Assembly (NCBI GenBank): GCA_031441465.1
Contig: JANOEP010000048.1
Location: 1-39,905 of the forward strand
Source: a bacterium
GTDB lineage: Bacteria; Krumholzibacteriota; Krumholzibacteriia; LZORAL124-64-63
Length of the DNA stretch: 39,905 nt
Reading direction: 5' to 3'
Shown here: positions 16,140-25,476 of the stretch, piece after piece
Layout: each line of letters starts with the position of its first letter
How positions within the stretch are numbered: the stretch's first letter is position 1
Notes under the pieces: generated by a model
What the model was told of the DNA's origin: nothing
Seen by the model: only the letters and a program-made list of their open reading frames with translations
Databases searched by the model: none
Made by a program: the position numbers and the translations under genes

Positions 16140-18830
16140 ATGCCGCAGCGCCACCTCGCCTCCCGCGGGCAGATGGGCGGGGCCGTCACGGCCCGCCTGA
16201 CCAACGGGATGCGCCTGATCGTCATGGAGGACCGCCGCAGCCCCGTCGCGGTCTGCAACATCTGGGTGCGCGTCGGCTCGAACCTGGAGCCCGATGGGGT
16301 GCGCGGCTGGGCGCACGGCATCGAGCACCTGCTGTTCAAGGGCACGCAGCGACGGGCCGAGGGCGATTTCGCGCGCGAGGTCGCCGACCTCGGCGGCACG
16401 ACCAACGCCGGCACCGGCTACGAGACCACGAACTACCACATCACCGTGCCGGCGGAGCACCTGCCGGCCGCGGTCGACATCCTGCACGACGCCCTGTTCC
16501 ACTCGGAGTTCGAGCCCGCGGCGCTGGACGCCGAACGCCAGGTGCTGGTCCACGAGAACCACATGTACGACGACCAGCCCTCGGGCTTCGGCGTGACGTG
16601 GCGCTGGGGTCTGGAGCTGGCGCGCGACGTCAGCCCCTACCGCCACCCGATCGGCGGCAGGGACGAGGACCTGCTGTCCACGCCCCGCGATCGCATCGTC
16701 GACTTCTGGCGGTCCGCCTACCAGCCCGACCGCATGACCGCGGTGGTGGTGGGCGACGTCAAGGCCGGGGCGGTCCTGGACCTGCTCGCCGCCACCTTCG
16801 GACCCGAAGCGCCGCCGCGCCCCTACGAGCTGCCCACGCCGGCGGGCGAACCGCCCCACGACCGGCTGCGCGCGCAATTGGCGCGGGGCGACCTGCAGCG
16901 CGTCTACGCCAAGCTGCTGTTGCCGGGCGTGGCCGAGAACGATCCCGACCAGCCGGTGCTGGCCGTCGTGCAGCAGATCCTCTCGGACGGTCGCAGCGCG
17001 CGGCTCTACCGCCGCATCCAGGAGGAGAAGCAGCTGGTCGGCGGCATCGGCCTGCTGAGCGAATCCGGCCCGCGCGAAGGGCTGCTGGTGGTGGACTTCG
17101 AGACCGACGCCGCCCAGGTCGCGGCGGCCTTCGCCGAGATCGGCGGCCTGTTGCAGGAGATGAAGGACGCCCCCCCGGACGAGACCGAGCTGGACCGCGC
17201 CCGCGTCCGCACCGAGCGCGGCCACGCCTTCGGCCTCGAAACGGTGCAGGGCCGGGCCGCGAACCTGGGCTGGCACGACGCCATGGGCGACCCGGCGGCC
17301 GCCTTCGACTGGCCGCGGCGGGTGGCGGCGGTGACCGGCGCCGACGTCCAGCGTCTCTGCCGGCGCTTGTTCGTGCGCGAGGAGGCGGCGGTGTTCGTCT
17401 ACGCCCCCACCGGCGACGGCGGCGATGGCGACGGCGGCGATGGCGGCGCGATCCCCGCGGACGCCGCCGCCTGGGAGGCGCTGCTGGCGCCGCGGCTCGC
17501 CGGCCGCACGGGCGGGGACGGCGCGGCGACGATCGCGAAGGCTCCGACCCCGGCGGAACCCGTGCAACCGGCGGCCAAAGCGACCGCGAAGAACGACCGA
17601 CCCTTCGAGGAGATCCTCCTGCGCGGCGGCCTGCGCCTCTACGCGCGCGAGGACCGCAGCCTGCCGGTCGCGACGCTGAGCCTGTACGCCGCCGGCGGCG
17701 TCTGCCACCAGCAGCCGGGCCGGGAAGGCCTGGCCAACCTGACCCAGCAGGTCCAAGCCAAAGCGACGGCTCAGGAAGACGCCGCCGCGCTGCACGCCGC
17801 CGTCGAGAGCTGCGGCGCGTCGCTCTCCCCCTTCTCGGCCCGCGACCACACCGGCCTGTCGCTGTCGGGCCTCACGGCTCGGCTGGACCCCCTGCTCGAG
17901 CGCCTGGGGAGGTTGGCCTGCGCGCCGGCCTTTCCCGCCGACGAGTTGGAACAGGAACGCCGGCTCGCGCTGGACGACCTGCAGGCCCAGCAGGACGATC
18001 CTTTCCAGGCCGCGGCGCGCACCCTGCGCGCCGCGATGTACAGGGACCACCCCTACGGCTCGCCGATGGCCGGCACCGAGACCTCGCTGCCGAGCCTGAC
18101 CCGCGACGACCTCGTCGCCCACCACGCCCGTCTGTGGACGTCGCGCAACGTGCACGTCGTGGTCTCGGGCGACATCGACCGCGACCGCCTCGCGGCGAGG
18201 ATCGAGGCGGTCCTCTGCGACCTGCCCGACGCCCCCTCGCCGCCGCTGCCGCCGCTGGACCGCGTGCCGGCCGCCGACGGCGTCGAGCGCGCGCGCATCG
18301 CGCGCGACGTGCGCCAGAGCGTGGTGCTGTGCGGCTGGCGTGGTCCGCTGGACCCGAACACCAACCGCGCCGCGCTGGCGCTGCTGCAGAGCCTGCTGAA
18401 CGGCCAGAGCGGCCGCCTGTTCGAGGCCCTGCGCAACCGCCGCTCGCTCTGCTACACGACCGGGATGCAGGCCGCCCGCGGCTTCGCGCCGGGGATGCTG
18501 GTCGGGTACGTGCTGACCGATCCCGCCACCGAGGCCGCGGCCGCAACCGCCCTGGTCGAGGAGCTGCAACGCGCCGCCGCCGAACCGGCGCCGGCGACCG
18601 AGTTCGCACGGGCCCGCGCGCGGCTGCTGGGCAACCTGCTGATCTCGCGGCAGAGCAACGCCGCGCGGGCGAGCCGCTGCGGCGCCGACGTGCTCTACGG
18701 CCGGGCGCCGAACAACATCGCCCACCACCTGCAGGAGATCCGCGCGCTGACGCCGCGGCAGGTCCGCGACGCCGCCGCGCGCTACCTGGGGACCGAGGAT
18801 CACTGGGAAGTGGTGCTGGGGCCCGCCTGA
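16140..18830 (+). CDS. M16 family zinc metallopeptidase (pitrilysin/PqqL-like, fused two-half form, about 896 aa)
   Basis: Inverted zinc motif HGIEH LLFKG, NAGT, HPIGG; second half has no HXXEH (ANLTQQ) but has HPYG and RLFEALR. Confidence 0.9.
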   Translation: MPQRHLASRGQMGGAVTARLTNGMRLIVMEDRRSPVAVCNIWVRVGSNLEPDGVRGWAHGIEHLLFKGTQRRAEGDFAREVADLGGTTNAGTGYETTNYHITVPAEHLPAAVDILHDALFHSEFEPAALDAERQVLVHENHMYDDQPSGFGVTWRWGLELARDVSPYRHPIGGRDEDLLSTPRDRIVDFWRSAYQPDRMTAVVVGDVKAGAVLDLLAATFGPEAPPRPYELPTPAGEPPHDRLRAQLARGDLQRVYAKLLLPGVAENDPDQPVLAVVQQILSDGRSARLYRRIQEEKQLVGGIGLLSESGPREGLLVVDFETDAAQVAAAFAEIGGLLQEMKDAPPDETELDRARVRTERGHAFGLETVQGRAANLGWHDAMGDPAAAFDWPRRVAAVTGADVQRLCRRLFVREEAAVFVYAPTGDGGDGDGGDGGAIPADAAAWEALLAPRLAGRTGGDGAATIAKAPTPAEPVQPAAKATAKNDRPFEEILLRGGLRLYAREDRSLPVATLSLYAAGGVCHQQPGREGLANLTQQVQAKATAQEDAAALHAAVESCGASLSPFSARDHTGLSLSGLTARLDPLLERLGRLACAPAFPADELEQERRLALDDLQAQQDDPFQAAARTLRAAMYRDHPYGSPMAGTETSLPSLTRDDLVAHHARLWTSRNVHVVVSGDIDRDRLAARIEAVLCDLPDAPSPPLPPLDRVPAADGVERARIARDVRQSVVLCGWRGPLDPNTNRAALALLQSLLNGQSGRLFEALRNRRSLCYTTGMQAARGFAPGMLVGYVLTDPATEAAAATALVEELQRAAAEPAPATEFARARARLLGNLLISRQSNAARASRCGADVLYGRAPNNIAHHLQEIRALTPRQVRDAAARYLGTEDHWEVVLGPA

Positions 18831-18851
18831 GAGCGAACCGTCCTACGGAAC

Positions 18852-18881
18852 GGGGCCGGAGCGCGCGGGCGTTCCGGCCCC
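18852..18881. terminator. Hairpin between the convergent M16 and cupin genes
   Basis: GGGGCCGGAGCGC / GCGTTCCGGCCCC, 4-nt loop, followed by TGTT on the plus strand. Confidence 0.6.
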
Positions 18882-18897
18882 TGTTGGCGTCGGGCCA

Positions 18898-19251
18898 CTA
18901 GCCCCGCAGGGGGTAGCGGTGCGGGTCGTCGCCCATGTCGATCACGTGCGACGTCTGGCTGAACGAGGTGCGGTGCTTCTTGCCGGCGGGGATGTAGTAG
19001 ACGTCGCCGGCCTGGTACAGCTCGGTGCGTCCCTCGATTTCCAGGGTCATCTCGCCGGTGACGAGGTAGCCCCACTGGGCGCCGTGGCTGTGGTCGGGGA
19101 CGGTCACGCCTTCGTCGAAGCGGAAGAACGTCACCTGCTTCTCGTGGTTTTTCAGGGAGTGTCCGGTCACGCCGGAGACGTGGAACTCGATGGCGGGGAG
19201 CTTCAGGACTTCTTGGGGCCACACGGTGCTGGCCACTTGCAGTCTTTCCAT
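18898..19251 (-). CDS. Cupin domain protein (117 aa)
   Basis: VPDHSHGAQWGYLVTG and AGDVYYIPAGKKH cupin motifs; GGAGGT RBS. Confidence 0.85.
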   Translation of the reverse strand: MERLQVASTVWPQEVLKLPAIEFHVSGVTGHSLKNHEKQVTFFRFDEGVTVPDHSHGAQWGYLVTGEMTLEIEGRTELYQAGDVYYIPAGKKHRTSFSQTSHVIDMGDDPHRYPLRG

Positions 19252-19334
19252 GGAGACCTCCCGAGTTGGGATGGGGTGGCAGGTTCCACTGCGGTCAGGA
19301 TACCGGATTCCGGGTCGTTTGCAACCGACTCTCT

Positions 19335-19817
19335 TCAACCTCGCGGAGCATAGTCGGTTCCGCGCATCGGCAGCGCGGGGCCACCCCCGACGACCTCCGA
19401 GGCGATCACCTCCCCGACCAGCAGTTCGTGATCTCCGGCCGGGTGGCGGCCCACCAGACGGCACAGCAGCCGGGCCGCACAGTCCTGCAGCGCCGGCACG
19501 CCGCCGCCCAGCAGAACGGCGGGCGCACGCTCCCATTTGTCGAGATCGCGACCCGACTGCAGGCCGAACAGGCGCGCGACCTCCACTTGCCCCTCGCGCA
19601 GCACCGAGACGCTGAATTCCCCCCCGTCGCGCAGCAGCCCGTACGTGTGGCGCAGCGGCGAGACGGAGACCACGAGCAGGGGCGGCTCGGCCGACACCCG
19701 GGACACCCAGGCGGCGGTCAGGCCGCCGCGGCGTGGGCCGTCCGCGGCGCCGACGACGACCACGGGCGAGGGCAGCAGTTGCAGGGCAGGATCGTGGGGT
19801 GAAGACACCAGGGCCAT
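19335..19817 (-). CDS. Flavin reductase-like family protein (160 aa)
   Basis: TAAWVSRVSAEPPLLVVSV, FSVSVL, AGDHELLVGEV. Confidence 0.88.
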   Translation of the reverse strand: MALVSSPHDPALQLLPSPVVVVGAADGPRRGGLTAAWVSRVSAEPPLLVVSVSPLRHTYGLLRDGGEFSVSVLREGQVEVARLFGLQSGRDLDKWERAPAVLLGGGVPALQDCAARLLCRLVGRHPAGDHELLVGEVIASEVVGGGPALPMRGTDYAPRG

Positions 19818-19862
19818 GGGAACCTCCCGGGGACCGGGGACGGGGCGACGACCACCTGCAGG

Positions 19863-21512
19863 TTAACCGTCGCGCAGGTCGCAGTCCAGCGCGCCCTCCT
19901 GGCCGCCGGCGTTCTCGGGGAGGACCTCGGGAATGGTGAAGCTGAAACAAGAACCCCGGCCGACCTCGCTCGAGACGGTCAGCTGGCCGCCCATGGCCGC
20001 GACGGTGCGGTGGGCGATGGCCAGGCCGAGGCCGCTGCCGCCGTGCTTGCGGGCGATGTCCCGGCCGGCCTGCTGGAAGGGCTCGAAGATCCCGTCCAAA
20101 CGGTCGGCGGGGATGCCGGAACCCGTGTCGGTCACCGAGATCTCGAGCCAGCCGGCGACGGCCGCCCGCCGGCAGACGACCGTCACCGCGCCGCGATTGG
20201 TGAATTTCAGCGCGTTGCCCACGAGGTTCATCGCCACCTGGCGCAGCCGGGTCGGGTCGCCCACCTGCTCGGCCGACACGGCGGGATCCACGGCGAGTTC
20301 CAGCGCGACACGCTTCTCGCGCGAGGACGAGGCGAAGATCCCGCACACCTCCTCGAGCACGTCGCGCGCGCTGTAGGGGATGCCTTCGAGATCGAGACGG
20401 CCGGCCTCGATGCGCGACAGGTCGAGCACGTTGTTGATCAGGGACAGCAGGACCTGCCCGCTCTCCTGGATGGAGGCCGCGAAGTCGCGTACGTCCTGGT
20501 CGCCCAGGTTCGGCATGGTCAGCAGGTCGGCGAAGCCGACGACGCAGGTCAACGGCGTGCGGATCTCGTGCGACATCGCCGCCAGGAACATGCTCTTGCT
20601 GCGGTTGGCCAGTTCGGCGCCGCGGCGCGCGTCGCCGGCTTCGGCCAGCGCGCGTTCGAGATCGGCCTTGGCCCTGGCCAGGTCGGCGGCCACCTGCGCG
20701 TAGCGTTGCATCGCCGCGCGGGCGGCTTCGGCGGCATGCGCCTTCTCCTGCGTGTAGCGGACGATCATCCCGGCGACCTGCAGTTGGAGCACGGCGCCGG
20801 CCTGCCGGGCGTACTCCTCGCTGGCGCGGCGGCCCGCGAGGTTGGCCACCAGTTCGACCATGCGGCGCTGCGCGTCGGATTCGGCGAGCGGCCCGTGGCC
20901 GACGAGCCGGCCGAGCACCGCCCGCTCCTTGTCGTGCGACAAGAGCACCGGAACGTGCCACAGCGCGGCCCCGCACTCCGGACAGAGCGCACCGGCCGGC
21001 CGCGCGCCGGGGTCGGGGTCCGGATCGGCCTCCAGCAGTTCCGCCACGGCCGCGATGCACGCGCCGCCGCAGACGGCACCCCCGGCGACCTCCCCGGCGT
21101 CCAGGAGGCGGCCGTCGTCGATCGGGCGGTAGCCGCGTCCGTCGCGCAGCACCAGGCAGGTGCACAGCCCGACGCCCCGGGCCAGGACGTGACGCCAGTA
21201 GGCCAGCTCGGCCAGATCCAGGACGGCTTCCGGCGGCACGTCCCGCACCGGCAGGAGACGACCGTCGCACCAGAGGTCCGGCCGCTGCTGGGCCTCGCGC
21301 AGGTAGTGGCGCAGGTCCTCGAGATCGGCGGCGCCGAGGTGCTCCACCAGATCCCCGCCGAACAGCTCGGCCTGCAGATGTTCCCGGACCAGTTGTGCGT
21401 TCTCGAACTCGAGACGGCGCACGCGCGTCTCGAGGCGCTGCTCGCGCAGGAGCGCGGGCTCGGCGCCGACGGTGTCGGGTGGCGAGGGGATATCCAGGGT
21501 GCGGTCGCTCAT
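19863..21512 (-). CDS. Cytoplasmic sensor histidine kinase with a Cys-rich N-terminal input region (about 549 aa, no receiver domain)
   Basis: H-box FLAAMSHEIRTPL, N-box NLVGNALKF, DTGSGI, IFEPF, GSGLGL; coiled coil before HisKA; no TM segments seen; start codon uncertain. Confidence 0.88.
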   Translation of the reverse strand: MSDRTLDIPSPPDTVGAEPALLREQRLETRVRRLEFENAQLVREHLQAELFGGDLVEHLGAADLEDLRHYLREAQQRPDLWCDGRLLPVRDVPPEAVLDLAELAYWRHVLARGVGLCTCLVLRDGRGYRPIDDGRLLDAGEVAGGAVCGGACIAAVAELLEADPDPDPGARPAGALCPECGAALWHVPVLLSHDKERAVLGRLVGHGPLAESDAQRRMVELVANLAGRRASEEYARQAGAVLQLQVAGMIVRYTQEKAHAAEAARAAMQRYAQVAADLARAKADLERALAEAGDARRGAELANRSKSMFLAAMSHEIRTPLTCVVGFADLLTMPNLGDQDVRDFAASIQESGQVLLSLINNVLDLSRIEAGRLDLEGIPYSARDVLEEVCGIFASSSREKRVALELAVDPAVSAEQVGDPTRLRQVAMNLVGNALKFTNRGAVTVVCRRAAVAGWLEISVTDTGSGIPADRLDGIFEPFQQAGRDIARKHGGSGLGLAIAHRTVAAMGGQLTVSSEVGRGSCFSFTIPEVLPENAGGQEGALDCDLRDG

Positions 21513-21674
21513 GCCACCACCATCGCAGCCTGTCGGGAATGACGGTCCGGTGCCGGAGGCGTCCCGACCGTCTCGTGAGGAATCTCTCCTGGAGAGGATC
21601 GGCGGGCGGGCCGCGTTCTTGAGCGCGGATACCGCTTTCAACCGCAAGAAGTTGGGGATAACGGCGCGGGCGGC

Positions 21675-22247
21675 TCAGCCGTGCCGGCCGAGGCCGTTGA
21701 AGAGGTCGAGCTGGGGGGAATGGCGGGGCAGGCCGACCGCCTCGAGGACCTGGCCGATCCAGCCGTTGCGGTCGTCCGGGTCCAGCTCGAGCCGCGACTG
21801 GTCGAACTCCGTGAGGAGGTCCCGGATCAGGGCGTCGATGCCCAGCTGGAAGCCGGCCGAGGTGTCGCGCGTGCCGTCGAAGGCGGGCATCCCGAGCACC
21901 GGGACCCGCACCAGCAGCGTGTAGGTGCCCAGCCAGTGGCGCAGCAGCGGCTCGAGGTCGGGCCGGCGGCCGACGGCGTGGACCATGTAGGCGTAGTTGT
22001 CGAGCACCGAGCGGTCGCACACCACGGCCTGGTAGTTGGCGGCCGTGGCGATCTCCCAGGCGATCTGCGTGTGGAGGATCCACTCCTGGGCGCCGCTGGT
22101 GGTGTCGCGGTTGATGGGCAGGGGGCAGTGCCTTGCGACCTCCTTCACGACGTCGACGCCGATGTCGAGCCGCTTCAGGCAGGCCGCCAGCTCGAAGCAG
22201 AGGGTCGTCTTGCCCACGCCGTGGGTGCCGATGAACGCGATCTTCAT
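21675..22247 (-). CDS. P-loop NTPase of the AAA_28/NadR-kinase-like family (190 aa)
   Basis: MKIAFIGTHGVGKTT Walker A, EVAR, VCDRSVLDNYAY. Confidence 0.75.
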   Translation of the reverse strand: MKIAFIGTHGVGKTTLCFELAACLKRLDIGVDVVKEVARHCPLPINRDTTSGAQEWILHTQIAWEIATAANYQAVVCDRSVLDNYAYMVHAVGRRPDLEPLLRHWLGTYTLLVRVPVLGMPAFDGTRDTSAGFQLGIDALIRDLLTEFDQSRLELDPDDRNGWIGQVLEAVGLPRHSPQLDLFNGLGRHG

Positions 22248-22445
22248 GATGAGCGACCATAGCGGCCCGGCGGCCCGCCGTCCAGCCCGGAGTCGCCCGC
22301 CCGGTATCGTCGTACCGGAGCCTGCGAACGCTGGCGGCGGAGCCGCTCCGATGGTATCTCTATGGGCTCCGGTCCGCCCCGCGGCGGCCCGGGACCGGCG
22401 ACGAACGAGACGGCGCCCCGGCAGGGGCGCGTTCAGGAGGTTACG

Positions 22446-22823
22446 ATGAGGACACGGGACCTCGAACGCATCCGCGACGACCTGCACGCCGAACGGGACC
22501 GCGTCCAGCGGATCATCGCCCGCCACGCGAAGGCAATCAAGCACGCCGACGACCAGACGGGCGAAGGCTCCGGGAAGGCCCACTCCAACCACATGGCCGA
22601 CCAGGGTTCCGACGAGATCCACTACGAGACCATGATCCATCTGGCCGGCGCCGAGACCGACTACCTCTTCGACATCGAGGAAGCCCTCGCGAAGCTCGAG
22701 AACGGGACGTACGGCCGCTGCGAGGCCGGCGACCACCCCATCGCGGTCGAGCGCCTGCTGGCCGCGCCGACGGCGCGCCTGTGCATCGCCTGCCAGGAGA
22801 AGCGGGAGAAGATGTCGGCCTAG
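22446..22823 (+). CDS. TraR/DksA family protein (125 aa)
   Basis: Coiled coil with NHMADQGSDE tip, IEEALAKLENGTYGRCE...I..ERL.A.P.ARLCIACQ; AGGAGG RBS. Confidence 0.88.
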   Translation: MRTRDLERIRDDLHAERDRVQRIIARHAKAIKHADDQTGEGSGKAHSNHMADQGSDEIHYETMIHLAGAETDYLFDIEEALAKLENGTYGRCEAGDHPIAVERLLAAPTARLCIACQEKREKMSA

Positions 22824-22864
22824 GCTTCGGTCGGGACCCGTACCCGGCTGGAACCAGACCGGTC

Positions 22865-22896
22865 GACGGCCGGCTCCTCGGGGAGCCGGCCGTCTT
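22865..22896. terminator. Intrinsic terminator-like hairpin between convergent genes
   Basis: Perfect 13-bp stem GACGGCCGGCTCC / GGAGCCGGCCGTC, loop TCGG, followed by TT. Confidence 0.65.
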
Positions 22897-22921
22897 CATG
22901 TGTCCACGTTGTCGTCGGGCT

Positions 22922-23242
22922 TCAGTGCGTCAGGCTGGCGGCCTTGCGGAGGCATCTCTTGAGGCGGTGGATCTCGCGGCGGTGACGGTTGCGTTGGCTG
23001 TCCTCTCCCGCCGCAGCCGCTTCGTCGCGACGGGACTTGAGCGCGCGAATCCTGCCCTTGACCGCGGTCTTGTCCAGCCCGACCACGATCTTGTGGGGCT
23101 TCTCGATGCCGAGCTTGGCCGCGAGCAGCTCCACCAGTTCGTCCTTCTTCAGACCGATGACGCCGGTGACCCCGGGAAGATGGGTCTTCATCATCTCGCG
23201 CAGATCGTTGACCTTGTGCTTGTGCAATTCGTGCCAGTCCAT
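22922..23242 (-). CDS. Small basic hypothetical protein with a Rho-N/HeH-like N-terminal helix-extension-helix (106 aa)
   Basis: ELHKHKVNDLREMM...GLKKDELVELL resembles the Rho N-terminal motif; Arg/Lys-rich C-terminal helices; GAGGAGG RBS. Confidence 0.65.
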   Translation of the reverse strand: MDWHELHKHKVNDLREMMKTHLPGVTGVIGLKKDELVELLAAKLGIEKPHKIVVGLDKTAVKGRIRALKSRRDEAAAAGEDSQRNRHRREIHRLKRCLRKAASLTH

Positions 23243-23643
23243 GCGGAGCCTCCTCGGCAGCCGGCCCGGATGGGGTCGACAGTTCGGCGTGGGTGGATGG
23301 ATACCCCGATCCTAGCCGATCTCGTCGCAAATTGCACGTTGGCGGTCCCACCGACCCGGCCGTCCCCGGGGTGCCTGATTTTCTACCATCCCGCCTCAGG
23401 GGCGCGGTCCCGCACATCGACGCATCGGCGCCCGCATCGCCAGCCTGGCCTGCTTCGGCGCTCGACGACCCCGTCCCGCGTACCCCGCTCTCGCTCGACA
23501 GCACCGGGGCCGGGCCTTTCCAGCAATCCCTTGCCTTCGTGCAAGTTGCCGGGGGGCGACTCTACCTGAATCAGGAGAGTCAATATCCTGATTAAGCCCC
23601 CCTCGAGGCACGCCGGAGCCCCACACGCCCCGTCCGGACACGA

Positions 23644-23659
23644 TGGCACGCCCGTTGCA
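23644..23659 (+). promoter_or_regulatory. Sigma54 (RpoN) -24/-12 promoter of the type IV pilus operon
   Basis: TGGCACGCCCGTTGCA matches TGGCACG-N4-TTGCW exactly (GG-N10-GC), 75 nt upstream of pilB. Confidence 0.8.
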
Positions 23660-23733
23660 GCCCTGCTCCCCGACGGCACACGTCCGGCATCTTGCCGGTC
23701 GTGACGCACACCGGGCACGGGGGAAGTCGCTTG

Positions 23734-25452
23734 ATGCACACGAAGGCGCCGGGTCTCGGCGAATTCCTGATCAACAAGGGTGTCATCGACCAGGATCAAC
23801 TGGCCGAGGCGCTCGTCGAGCAGAAGCGCTCCCACGAGCGCCTCGGCGAGATCCTCCAGCATCGGGGCCTGATCACCGAGTGGGACCTGCTCGACGCCCT
23901 GGGCAACCAGCTCGGCCACCGCCTGTTCGACACCGCGCGCGACGAGGTGACGCGCCAGGCCCTGGAGCTGGTGCCGGCCGAATCTGCGCGGCGCTACGAC
24001 CTGCTCCCGGTCTGCGTGGACGAGCACCACCTCGTGGTCGCCATGAAGGACCCGCTGGACGTCGAGGCCCTCGACCATCTGCAGCACGTGGCCTCGCGCG
24101 TCGACCGCGAGCTGTCGATCCTGCTCGCGCCCGCCGAAACCTTGGCGCAGGCGCGCGAACTCCACTACGGCCGCCTGCAGGGCGACCGCAACGTGTCGCA
24201 GCTGATCGAATCGGTGATCGACGAGATCGGCGGCGGGCACGACCTCGAGATCGATCTGGAAGGGGACGGCTCGTCGGCGCAGGACGCCGGCGTCGTCACC
24301 CTCGTCGACCAGATCATCGGCAAGGCGATCCAGGAGCGGGCCACCGACATCCACATCGAGCCCCAGGAACACAGCCTGATCATCCGCTACCGCGTCGACG
24401 GCATCCTCTACGACGCGCTGACCCCGCCGCGGGCGGTCTACGCGGGCGCCGTCAGCCGCCTGAAGATCATGGCCAACATGGACATCGCCGAGCGGCGCAC
24501 CACCCAGGACGGGCGCTTCACCTTCAAGCGTGACGGCCGCGAGGTGGACATGCGCGTCTCGGCCATCCCGACGGTGCACGGCGAAAAGATCGTCATGCGC
24601 CTGCTGGACAAGACGAACTTCAACTACTCACTGACCGACCTGGGCCTCGCGCAGCAGGACATCGCCTCGATGCGTCAGGCCATCCACCGCCCCCACGGCA
24701 TGATCCTGCTGTCTGGCCCGACCGGCTCCGGCAAGACCACGACGCTGTACGCCGCCATGAAGGAACTGGACAGCCTCAGCCTGAACATCACGACCATCGA
24801 GGATCCGGTCGAATACCAGATCGGCCGCATCAACCAGGTCCAGGTCAACAAGCGCAAGCAGGTGACGTTCGCCAACGCCCTGCGCGCCTTCCTGCGCCAG
24901 GATCCCGACGTGATCATGGTCGGCGAGATCCGCGACCAGGAAACGGCCGACATCGCGATCCGGGCCGCCCTGACCGGCCACATGGTCTTCAGCACCATCC
25001 ACGCGAACGACGCCCCGAGCACGGCCGCGCGCCTGGTTTCGATGGGGGCCGAGCCCTACATGGCCGCCAGCGCCCTGAGTCTGGTGGCGGCGCAGCGGCT
25101 GGTCCGCCGCAACTGCCCCCGCTGCCTGGAAGAGTACGAACCCGCGAAAGAATTGCTCATGGCCCTGGGCGAAGACGCCGATGACTTCGGTGCCCTGCCG
25201 GAGAAGTTCGTACGCGGCAAGGGCTGCGCCGCCTGCCGTGGTCGCGGCTATGCGGGGCGTGTAGCGGTCATCGAGAAGATGGAGATGACGCCGGCGCTGC
25301 GGGAACTCGTGGCCCAGAAGCGCCCGTCGGGCGTCATGAAACAGCAGGCCGTGAGCGAAGGCATGTTGACGCTGCAGCAGGCGGGACTGACGAAGGTCCG
25401 CGACGGCGTCACGACTCTGGAAGAAGTGCTGCGGGTCTGCATCAGCGACTGA
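23734..25452 (+). CDS. pilB: PilB/GspE-family assembly ATPase with an N-terminal MshEN-like domain (572 aa)
   Basis: LGEFL...QLAEALVEQ...RLGEIL; ATDIHIEP; Walker A GPTGSGKT; TIEDPVEY; LRQDPDVIMVGEIRD; TGHMVFSTIH; CPRC...CAAC zinc motif. Confidence 0.92.
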   Translation: MHTKAPGLGEFLINKGVIDQDQLAEALVEQKRSHERLGEILQHRGLITEWDLLDALGNQLGHRLFDTARDEVTRQALELVPAESARRYDLLPVCVDEHHLVVAMKDPLDVEALDHLQHVASRVDRELSILLAPAETLAQARELHYGRLQGDRNVSQLIESVIDEIGGGHDLEIDLEGDGSSAQDAGVVTLVDQIIGKAIQERATDIHIEPQEHSLIIRYRVDGILYDALTPPRAVYAGAVSRLKIMANMDIAERRTTQDGRFTFKRDGREVDMRVSAIPTVHGEKIVMRLLDKTNFNYSLTDLGLAQQDIASMRQAIHRPHGMILLSGPTGSGKTTTLYAAMKELDSLSLNITTIEDPVEYQIGRINQVQVNKRKQVTFANALRAFLRQDPDVIMVGEIRDQETADIAIRAALTGHMVFSTIHANDAPSTAARLVSMGAEPYMAASALSLVAAQRLVRRNCPRCLEEYEPAKELLMALGEDADDFGALPEKFVRGKGCAACRGRGYAGRVAVIEKMEMTPALRELVAQKRPSGVMKQQAVSEGMLTLQQAGLTKVRDGVTTLEEVLRVCISD

Positions 25453-25476
25453 CCCGGGCCGGGAGGGATACGGGAG

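Noticed and set aside
18898..22260. 1120-aa minus-strand ORF suggesting a giant fusion ending in a cupin
   Set aside because: Only the last 117 aa (from ATG 19251, with RBS) look like protein; the rest is an off-frame read-through of the kinase, flavin reductase and P-loop genes.
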